From Ligaoa zhengdingensis (lineage in GTDB: Bacteria > Bacillota > Clostridia > Oscillospirales > Ruminococcaceae), in contig NZ_JACRST010000001.1 of assembly GCF_014384885.1 (NCBI RefSeq), forward strand, positions 397,985 to 461,984: 64,000 nt of DNA. Reading direction: 5' to 3'. This document shows, piece after piece, positions 57,553-64,000 of the stretch; positions within the stretch are counted from its first letter, which is position 1, and each line of letters opens with the position of its first letter. The notes under the pieces are model-generated. The model saw nothing but the letters and a program-made list of their open reading frames with translations, ran no database searches and was not told where the DNA came from. The position numbers and the translations under genes were made by a program.

Positions 57553-57588
57553 AAAGCGGTGCAGCCAGGAGGCTGTGCCGCTTTTTTC
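57553..57588 (+). terminator. Rho-independent terminator
   Basis: GCGGTGCAGCC-AGGA-GGCTGTGCCGC is followed by TTTTTTC. Confidence 0.8.
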
Positions 57589-57589
57589 A

Positions 57590-57628
57590 GAATGTAAAAG
57601 GGAGCACCATTATAAAAATGGTGCCCCC
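57590..57628 (-). terminator. Convergent terminator for the ferredoxin gene
   Basis: The minus strand reads GGGGGCACCATTTTTATAATGGTGCTCCC followed by TTTTAC. Confidence 0.6.
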
Positions 57629-57756
57629 TCTTGCGAATTCTGTTTTAGATCCATGCGCCGCAACCCTTCACAACGGGTCTTGTCCCAAATAGAACCAAAA
57701 CCTCCTCCTGAGCGGGCGGCGCAAGCATCCCCTGCCGTTTGTCACATGTACAGAAC

Positions 57757-57999
<243 letters not shown>

Positions 58000-58024
58000 T
58001 TAATCTAAGAAAAATCGGCGCGGC

Positions 58025-58888
58025 TCATTTTTCCTCCCGCCCCTTGTGGGTGGAGTTGTCGCCGCGCTCCCCGCGGGACTGGTCGCGGATCACCTTGACC
58101 TGATCCTTGGTGAAGGTGCGCGCGGCGCCGTCCGATTTGTCGATCTTGACCTTGAGGATGCCGGTGAGCAGATTTACCTCCACCACCGTACCGCGCCCTT
58201 CCGGCGTATTGACCGCCGCCCCTTGCTTGGGGGTGCGGCGCAGCAGGTCCTCATAGGCCTCCTGTTCATATTTGAGGCAGCACATCAGCCGCCCGCAGGT
58301 GCCCGAAATTTTGGTGGGATTGAGCGACAAGCCCTGCTCCTTGGCCATCTTGATGGACACCGGCTGGAACTCCCCCAGGAAGGTGGAGCAGCAGAACGGT
58401 CTACCGCAGATGCCCAGCCCCCCCAGCATCTTCGCTTCATCGCGCACGCCGATCTGCCGCAGCTCAATGCGGGTGCGGAAAACCGACGCCAAATCCTTGA
58501 CCAGATCGCGGAAATCCACCCGGCCGTCGGCGGTGAAATAGAACAAGATTTTGTTGTTATCGAAGGTGTATTCCACATCCACTAGCTTCATATCCAGCTT
58601 GTGCGCCGCGATCTTGGCCTCGCAGATGGAAAACGCCTGCTGCTCCCGCTGCCGGTTGCGTTCGATCTGCGCCAGATCGTCGCTGTTGGCCGCGCGGATC
58701 ACTTTTTTGAGCGGCTTGGGGGTCTCGCCGTCCTCGATGGTGCGCAGCGGCATCGCCACCTCGCCGCACTCCACGCCGCGTGCGGTCTCCACGATCACGC
58801 ACTGACCCATCTCCAGGTCGAGCCCGTCCGGATCGAAGTAATAGACCTTGCCGACATTTTTAAAACGAACTCCAACGATATTTGCCAT
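58025..58888 (-). CDS. ricT: PSP1-domain stage-0 sporulation protein YaaT/RicT
   Basis: MANIVGVRFKNVGKVYYFD...LGGLGICGRPFCCSTFL...SGTCGRLMCCLKYE is the PSP1 domain with conserved Cys clusters. ATG 58888 follows GGGAGGAA. The position 3' of holB matches B. subtilis order. Confidence 0.88.
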   Translation of the reverse strand: MANIVGVRFKNVGKVYYFDPDGLDLEMGQCVIVETARGVECGEVAMPLRTIEDGETPKPLKKVIRAANSDDLAQIERNRQREQQAFSICEAKIAAHKLDMKLVDVEYTFDNNKILFYFTADGRVDFRDLVKDLASVFRTRIELRQIGVRDEAKMLGGLGICGRPFCCSTFLGEFQPVSIKMAKEQGLSLNPTKISGTCGRLMCCLKYEQEAYEDLLRRTPKQGAAVNTPEGRGTVVEVNLLTGILKVKIDKSDGAARTFTKDQVKVIRDQSRGERGDNSTHKGREEK

Positions 58889-58932
58889 GTATTTCCTCCC
58901 ACAGGACCGGCCGACAGCCGGCCCGTTTCTTT

Positions 58933-59907
58933 TTAACGATTCAGCGCGCTTTTTATCTGGGAACACAGCCACACCGAAGCGAGCGGATAGCCCATGTTCT
59001 GCTCCATCATCTGCAACGCTGCCTCTATTATAGCAACAATCCGTTCGCACTGCAATGCGGAGATTCCCGAACCCAGCGCATCCCGCCGCTGCTCCGGGAG
59101 ATATTTGCGCCGCAGCAGGTCGGCGAACACAGCTTTTACCCGGCGCAGACAGGCGCGAAAGCTGTCCTTATCGTTTTCAAATGCGGCGAGCTGCTCCAAC
59201 AGGTCGTATTCGGTGCCCTGCACCGCAGCTTTGGCGATGGCGTCCGCTCCGTCTACAATCCGGCGGAATCCGGCGTCGCCCAGGCTGGCAGCCGCACGGC
59301 CGATGTTCCCATCGAACACATCGGCGGCCAGGCGGTACTCCTCCTCGCCGTGTCCGGGCGCCAGCTCGTGCAGCACCTGTTCACACAGCGCGGGTGGCGG
59401 GTTCTCGATGCGCACCAGGGTCACACGGGAAAGGATAGTCTCGAGCAGGGCGGAGCGGTTTTCGCAGGTGAGGACAAACACCACCCCTTTGGGCGGCTCC
59501 TCCAGCACCTTGAGCAGCGCGTTCTGCGCCTGCACCGTCATATTTTGCGCATCGGCCAGGATATACACCTTGCGCTCGGCCTCGTTGGGCCGCACGCTTG
59601 CCGACGAGCGGATCTCGCGGATGGCGTCCACATTCAGGTTCTTGGCCGACTCCCCGCCGTCGATCAGCCGGATGTCGGGGTGGACGCCCTCCATCGCCTT
59701 GGCGCAGTGGCGGCAAACGCCGCAGGGGCGCTCCTCCCCGGAACAAACAGCGGCGGCGGCAATCAGGCGCGCAAAGGTCTTTTTGCCCGCTCCACTCTCC
59801 CCCTCCAAAAGCACTGCATGAGGCAAACGCCCGCCTTTCCAGCCCAAGGCGAGCGTTGCTTTTGCTTTTTCATTGCCATAAAAGGCTTGTAACAATCGGT
59901 TGTTCAT
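58933..59907 (-). CDS. holB: DNA polymerase III subunit delta'
   Basis: HAVLLEGESGAGKKTFAR is a degenerate P-loop. CGVCRHC is the Zn module and SRV the SRC-like motif. Confidence 0.88.
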   Translation of the reverse strand: MNNRLLQAFYGNEKAKATLALGWKGGRLPHAVLLEGESGAGKKTFARLIAAAAVCSGEERPCGVCRHCAKAMEGVHPDIRLIDGGESAKNLNVDAIREIRSSASVRPNEAERKVYILADAQNMTVQAQNALLKVLEEPPKGVVFVLTCENRSALLETILSRVTLVRIENPPPALCEQVLHELAPGHGEEEYRLAADVFDGNIGRAAASLGDAGFRRIVDGADAIAKAAVQGTEYDLLEQLAAFENDKDSFRACLRRVKAVFADLLRRKYLPEQRRDALGSGISALQCERIVAIIEAALQMMEQNMGYPLASVWLCSQIKSALNR

Positions 59908-59915
59908 CTCAGACT

Positions 59916-60239
59916 TTACAGCTTTTCAAATTTTTCGACGTTCAGCACGAAGATGGTCGCGCCGCCCACCGTGACTTCCACCGGAAAGGAGGTGCACATC
60001 CCCACGCCATAGGAGGCAGAGGAGGGTACCATCTGTTTGCGCTTCTTGCTGTAGGTACCCACGATATCAATGACCGTATCGACCTTTTCGTCATCAGTAC
60101 CCACCAAAAAGGTGGTGTTGCCGCTCATCAGGAAGCCGCCGGTGGTGGCGAGCTTCGTGACCGAAAAGCCGGCCTTGGTCAGCTCCGAGGACACGATTGA
60201 ACCATCGTCGCTCGATACAATTGCAAGAATCAGTTTCAT
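59916..60239 (-). CDS. darA: Cyclic-di-AMP receptor DarA (PII-like, YaaQ/DUF970)
   Basis: MKLILAIVSSDDGSIVSSELTKAGFSVTKLATTGGFLMSGNTTFLVGTDDEKV is near-identical in pattern to B. subtilis YaaQ. It sits upstream of holB. RBS is AAGGAGG. Confidence 0.85.
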   Translation of the reverse strand: MKLILAIVSSDDGSIVSSELTKAGFSVTKLATTGGFLMSGNTTFLVGTDDEKVDTVIDIVGTYSKKRKQMVPSSASYGVGMCTSFPVEVTVGGATIFVLNVEKFEKL

Positions 60240-60297
60240 CAGAATACCTCCTTGTCGGTCGAATCGCCGCGCTGCGGCTGTTTTGGTTTTTCCACCT

Positions 60298-61656
60298 TTA
60301 TAATATCACTTTTACGATCGAGTTTCCACTTGTTTTCAAAAGATTCACCGCGTCGCGGTTAATTTTTTCTCCCGGCATGACCACCGGGATACCCGGCGGA
60401 CAAGGGCAGACCATCGAAGCTGCCACCCGCCCCTCGCTGTTTTCCACCGGGACGGTTTCGCTCGGTGCGAAGATTGCGTCGCGCAGGGAAAGCGCCGCTT
60501 CCAAGCGCGGCACCGGATAATACTCCTCCCCCCCTACCGAAGGCAGATCCCAAGCATTTAAAAACTTACTCACCCGCCGGTAGTCCCCGCCGGTGTTTTC
60601 AGGGCTGGCCATCAGCACCGCCCAATGTCCGCTGACATATTCAGGCTCGATACCCGCTTCGCGCAGGCGCGCGCCGAATTCCGCGCCGGTGAGCCCCCAG
60701 TTGTAGACCGAGAGCACCAGCTTGGTATAATCGCGCGGGCCGGTCAAGGGTACGAACCCCTTTTGCACCGCGAGCTGCTCCAGCTCCTTGACCCGGTCGC
60801 GCACCGCGGCGAATTCCTCCGCCACATGTCCGCACTCCAGGTAGGCGGCGCAGCGGTCGATCGAAAGCAGGATCAGATAGCTCGGGCTGGTGGAGCCGAA
60901 CAGCGCCATCTTCTGTTTGGCCGCCGGTATGTAGCGCGGGTTGCCGATGTGCAGCAGCGCCCCGCCGGTGAGCACAGGCAGGGTTTTATGCAGCGAATCG
61001 CAGCAGAGGTCCGCCCCCAGATCGATGGGGTGCAAACTGGGCGTTTGAAACTTCAGATGAGCGCCGTGGGCGTTGTCCACCAGCAGCGGCACGCGGTAGA
61101 ACCGGCAGATGCGGGCGATCTCCCCGACGTCGCTGAGCACCCCGAAGTAGTCCGGGCTGGTGATGTACACCGCGCAGACCCCCGCGTCCCCGCGCAGGCA
61201 CTCCTCCACCTCCTCCGGACGGATGCGCCCGCCCATGCCGCAGCCCGCGGCGCCGTCCGGGTAGATCCATACCGGGGTGAGCCCCAGCAGCGCCATCGCA
61301 CTGACAGCCGACGTGTGCAGGTTGCGCCCTGCAAGCACCCGACCGCCCGGCTTCGCCACCAGCGCCAGCATCGTCTGGATGCAGAGCGTCGCCCCACCCG
61401 CCGAGAGCAGGGTGCGCTTGGAGCCGTACAGCTTGGCATAGGCCTCCTCCAGCGCGCGCAGCGCGCCGTCCGCCTCGTACAGGCTATCTGCGCCCTCCAC
61501 CTCAGTGATATCGTACCGCTCTGCTCCGCCAAACGGCAAACGCTCGCCGCTGCGGTTCGCGGGGAAGCCCTTGTGCCCCGGCATGTGAAAGCGGGACGCA
61601 TCCCGCGCCAGATAAGCGGAAACCGCTTTAAAAAGCGGCGTCTGTTTTTCCATCAT
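60298..61656 (-). CDS. Orn/Lys/Arg decarboxylase family protein (fold-type I PLP; YaaO-like)
   Basis: HMPGHKG is the OKR_DC_1 N-terminal motif. SLHKTLP contains the PLP-lysine. Start at the MM doublet (ATG 61656), 1 nt after the femX stop. Confidence 0.85.
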   Translation of the reverse strand: MMEKQTPLFKAVSAYLARDASRFHMPGHKGFPANRSGERLPFGGAERYDITEVEGADSLYEADGALRALEEAYAKLYGSKRTLLSAGGATLCIQTMLALVAKPGGRVLAGRNLHTSAVSAMALLGLTPVWIYPDGAAGCGMGGRIRPEEVEECLRGDAGVCAVYITSPDYFGVLSDVGEIARICRFYRVPLLVDNAHGAHLKFQTPSLHPIDLGADLCCDSLHKTLPVLTGGALLHIGNPRYIPAAKQKMALFGSTSPSYLILLSIDRCAAYLECGHVAEEFAAVRDRVKELEQLAVQKGFVPLTGPRDYTKLVLSVYNWGLTGAEFGARLREAGIEPEYVSGHWAVLMASPENTGGDYRRVSKFLNAWDLPSVGGEEYYPVPRLEAALSLRDAIFAPSETVPVENSEGRVAASMVCPCPPGIPVVMPGEKINRDAVNLLKTSGNSIVKVIL

Positions 61657-61657
61657 A

Positions 61658-62713
61658 TCAACGATTGCCCTTCCCTCTCCGCTTGATCGCATCCAGCTTT
61701 TCCTTGGCTGCAATCGCAGCATCGGTCATCCGGCAGGCCAGCGGCCGGTAGACGTAATCGAACTCGCCGGCCAGCTCATCCAACTGGCCGTTGAACCCCT
61801 TTTTGAAGCGGTAGAGGCCGTACATGTGGTGCCCCTCCTCCAGAATACCGGAGACGCCCTGGAAGTCGTACACTGTGCAGCCGGTCTCAACCGCCCAGCG
61901 GATCATCTCCCACTGCATCAAATAGTTGGGCATCACGTCGCGGTGGACGTTGTCGGACGCGCCGTAGACATAGCACACCTTGCCCGCATAGTTGGTGGAA
62001 ATCGCACCGCACACCGGCGTGCCCTGATAAAAGCCCATATACAGCCGCACATGCTCTCCCAGCGCGTCGAGCATCCGCACAAAATAGGACCTGGGGCGCA
62101 CGTTGAAACCGTCGCGCTCCCCCGTCACCCGCATGATGCGGACAAACTCGTCCAGATACTCCTGTCCCACCGGACGGACCTCCACCCCGTTGCGCATGGC
62201 GATGCGCACCTTGCGCCGGGTGGTCTGGGTCAGGTTGGCGAACAGCTCTTCCTCGCTGCGGCCGCCGAGATACAGGCGGTAGTTGAACCGCGCCTGGATG
62301 GTCTCAAACCCTTCCGGGCCCGCAAACTGCCGAAAGCCCAGCCCCTTGGCGATGGAGATAAACTCGCTGTCGCTCATCAGCACATCCGGGTCCATCTTAA
62401 AGGTGTGCGCACGGTGTTTTTTGGCAAGCGCATCGACGCCCGCTTTGAGGTCGGCGAGCACCGCCCTGTCGTGCAGGTCGCACACCGGGCCGCGCGGCGC
62501 GTACAAAAACGAGATGCCGATCAGCGGGATCTGCTGCACCAGCACACCGCACGCACCCACAATTTTGCCGCTGGCATCGCGCGATACGACCGCCTCCCAG
62601 CCCCAATTGTTTTTCACCTTGCGCCAGTCGGCGCTCTGGGTGAACCCGCCCTGCGGGTGGTTCGCAACAAACGCCTCATACTCGCCGTATTGCTCTTCTG
62701 ATAAGATCTCCAA
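61658..62713 (-). CDS. FemAB-family peptidoglycan interpeptide-bridge aminoacyltransferase (FemX-like)
   Basis: EEQYGEYEAFVANHPQGGFTQSADWRKVK is the FemAB N-terminus. The protein has a GNAT-like fold. The TTG start at 62713 follows GGGGAGTG. Confidence 0.8.
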   Translation of the reverse strand: MEILSEEQYGEYEAFVANHPQGGFTQSADWRKVKNNWGWEAVVSRDASGKIVGACGVLVQQIPLIGISFLYAPRGPVCDLHDRAVLADLKAGVDALAKKHRAHTFKMDPDVLMSDSEFISIAKGLGFRQFAGPEGFETIQARFNYRLYLGGRSEEELFANLTQTTRRKVRIAMRNGVEVRPVGQEYLDEFVRIMRVTGERDGFNVRPRSYFVRMLDALGEHVRLYMGFYQGTPVCGAISTNYAGKVCYVYGASDNVHRDVMPNYLMQWEMIRWAVETGCTVYDFQGVSGILEEGHHMYGLYRFKKGFNGQLDELAGEFDYVYRPLACRMTDAAIAAKEKLDAIKRRGKGNR

Positions 62714-63082
62714 CCGTGTTCACTCCCCATTGTTGCCGGACAGGCCGGCCGCGCCCGAAGGCGGCTGTTGTTTCTGTCATTAGGTTCTGCGGCATAGCCC
62801 ACAGCCACGCCGCTGTCGCGCAGCGCGCGGATCGCTTTGGCCATCAATTTATAATAACCGCTTGCGGTTATTATAGCATAAAGCGGGGCAAAAGCGGAGA
62901 AGCCGCTTTTGCAATCGTTGCAAAACGATTGGCCGCCCTACAGGCGGGACCCGTTTCCGCTGAAAGAACCGCATTGCGGCGCAACTGCGCCGCATCCGCG
63001 CGAAGCGCGGGCAACCAAAAGGACTAAGCCTTTTGGTTTGCGGTTATTATAGCACAGCGTCCCGCCGCGGGGCAAGCCCGCC
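62714..63082 (-). promoter_or_regulatory. Hairpin-rich 370-nt leader/intergenic region carrying two copies of an extended −10 element (TGCTATAAT) upstream of femX
   Basis: Minus-strand TGCTATAATAACCGC occurs twice (~62862-76 and ~63041-55). There are at least five perfect hairpins. They are ATAATAACCGC-TTGC-GGTTATTAT, AAAAGCGG-AGAA-GCCGCTTTT, CAATCGTT-GCAAAA-CGATTG, GCGGCGC-AACT-GCGCCGC and CCAAAAGG-ACTA-AGCCTTTTGG. Confidence 0.5.
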
Positions 63083-63910
63083 TCACTCTTTTCCCACCGG
63101 GGCTTCCCCCTGGCACAGCCGGAGATTGCGCTCCAACACAGCCGCGCCCCGCCAGCCGTACGCCCTCGTTTTGGAGAGCGCGCGGCAGTTCTCCAGGGTT
63201 AGTTTATGCACAATATCGCGGTAAAATCCTTTGATCGGGGTGCACCTCGGATTTTGGTTGTGTGGGCAAACATCGGTACAGCGGTCGCACCCCCAGGCGA
63301 ACCCGCCCTCTGCGATTGCCCGCTGCTCCCACTCCGTGAGCTCCCCCTTCTTTTGGGTGATATGGGACCGGCAGCGGGACAATTCCAGACCTCCGTCCCC
63401 GCTGAGCGCGCCGCCCGGGCACGCCTCGACACATCGCCGGCACCCGCCGCAGGTTTGTCTCGACGGAACTGCGGGCGGGAGCTCCAGAGTCGTGACGATC
63501 TCGCCGAGGAAGCAATAGGAACCGTATTCGGGCGCGATCAACTGCCCATTGCGGCCGATGAAGCCGAGGCCCGCACGCCAACCAGCCGCCACCTCGCGCA
63601 CCGGGCTGCTGTCCACAAACGGCTCAAAGCGGTGCCCCGGAAACGCACCGCACAGACGTGCAGCGGCATCCTCCAGCATCGCGCGCGTCACCGTGTGGTA
63701 ATCGTCCACGATGGCGTAACGGGAGAGGTTGCGGTCGGGGTACTCCCCGACATAGTAAGGAAACAGGCAAACCACCACGCTGCGCGCCCCCTCCGGCAGG
63801 CGCGCGGCCGCCCGGCAGGGCAGCAGCGGCGGCAGGTCGGCAAAGGCGCATACCCCCCAGCGGGGAATGCCGGCTTTCCGCAGGCATTGTTCCACAGCTT
63901 CAGTTGTCAA
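63083..63910 (-). CDS. queG: Epoxyqueuosine reductase QueG-like (DUF1730 + 2x[4Fe-4S]; short form)
   Basis: GFIGRNGQLIAPEYGSYCFLGEIVTTLEL is the QueG core. The ferredoxin motifs are CGGCRRCVEACP and CDRCTDVCP. The TTG start at 63910 follows GAAAGGAGGA with an 8-nt spacer. The track's upstream extension lacks an RBS. The product is shorter than B. subtilis QueG and lacks the C-terminal HEAT-like domain. Confidence 0.7.
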   Translation of the reverse strand: MTTEAVEQCLRKAGIPRWGVCAFADLPPLLPCRAAARLPEGARSVVVCLFPYYVGEYPDRNLSRYAIVDDYHTVTRAMLEDAAARLCGAFPGHRFEPFVDSSPVREVAAGWRAGLGFIGRNGQLIAPEYGSYCFLGEIVTTLELPPAVPSRQTCGGCRRCVEACPGGALSGDGGLELSRCRSHITQKKGELTEWEQRAIAEGGFAWGCDRCTDVCPHNQNPRCTPIKGFYRDIVHKLTLENCRALSKTRAYGWRGAAVLERNLRLCQGEAPVGKE

Positions 63911-64000
63911 CCCGGTCGTCCTCCTTTCGCGCGGAAAAGGGCGGGGCCCGATGTGCCGGGGCCCGCCCATATGCAGTGAATATAATCTCAGTTGCACTTG

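Noticed and set aside
60625-61686. The 353-aa + strand ORF antisense to the decarboxylase gene, and 63206..63979 (+) antisense to queG
   Set aside because: The products are Arg/Ala/Gln-rich antisense frames of genes with clear PLP and Fe-S motifs. They have no RBS.

Overview
This 64 kb window reads as chromosomal DNA of a GC-rich, endospore-forming Clostridia-like Firmicute. It carries spmA/spmB, a σE-like promoter, yaaT/ricT, an AbrB-like regulator and the darA-holB-yaaT cluster. Coding density is high, with about 58 supportable CDS, most with recognisable RBS (GGAGG-type). Several true starts are GTG/TTG or internal to the ORF-track calls.

Layout, left to right:
- 1..7150: a clearly lower-GC integrative mobilisable element. 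It encodes a MobV/Pre relaxase with an upstream oriT-like palindrome pair, a small ORF, an iteron-like repeat block, a RepA-like AAA_25 ATPase, an excisionase-like HTH, an XRE repressor and a tyrosine integrase. It sits directly downstream of guaA and its terminator. The left boundary was not found. A 3'-truncated lipoprotein gene lies at the window edge.
- 7.2–13 kb: housekeeping genes (guaA, DUF378, FAD-dependent reductase, ackA, tmcAL/ylbM).
- 13–19 kb: a 1655-aa alpha-2-macroglobulin-family protein translationally coupled to a Memo-like secreted lipoprotein.
- 19–21 kb: a GH18 chitinase with a Ser-rich linker and a small ORF.
- 21.1 kb: tRNA-Leu(GAG) with a consensus σA promoter.
- 21.4–28.3 kb: pepD, an OPT oligopeptide transporter coupled to a PqqD-like (RRE) protein, an AI-2E transporter, and cardiolipin synthase.
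- 28.4–30.6 kb: two tandem, translationally coupled HTH-WYL-WCTD proteins (PafBC-like pair).
- 30.9–31.16 kb: four tandem tRNA-like modules. Each has a good T-arm, and some have D-arms, but none resolves into a canonical cloverleaf.
- 31.4–45.4 kb: SPFH protein, YibE/F membrane protein, alkaline phosphatase, gltX, a three-gene ABC transporter, class-3 fbp, DUF975, an aminotransferase and trpS.
- 45.4–51.4 kb: a GyrI-like pseudogene, prmC, DUF1385, and a lipoprotein-RR-HK operon.
- 51.6–55.8 kb: an XRE regulator, a histidine phosphatase, leuB, DUF975 and an AbrB-Zn-ribbon regulator.
- 55.9–63.9 kb: spmAB, a ferredoxin, ricT, holB, darA, an Orn/Lys/Arg decarboxylase, femX and queG. A hairpin-rich leader with duplicated extended −10 elements lies between femX and queG.

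No CRISPR array and no rRNA were seen. The most unusual items are the tRNA-like module array, the tandem WYL pair, the A2M–Memo coupling, and the OPT–PqqD coupling.
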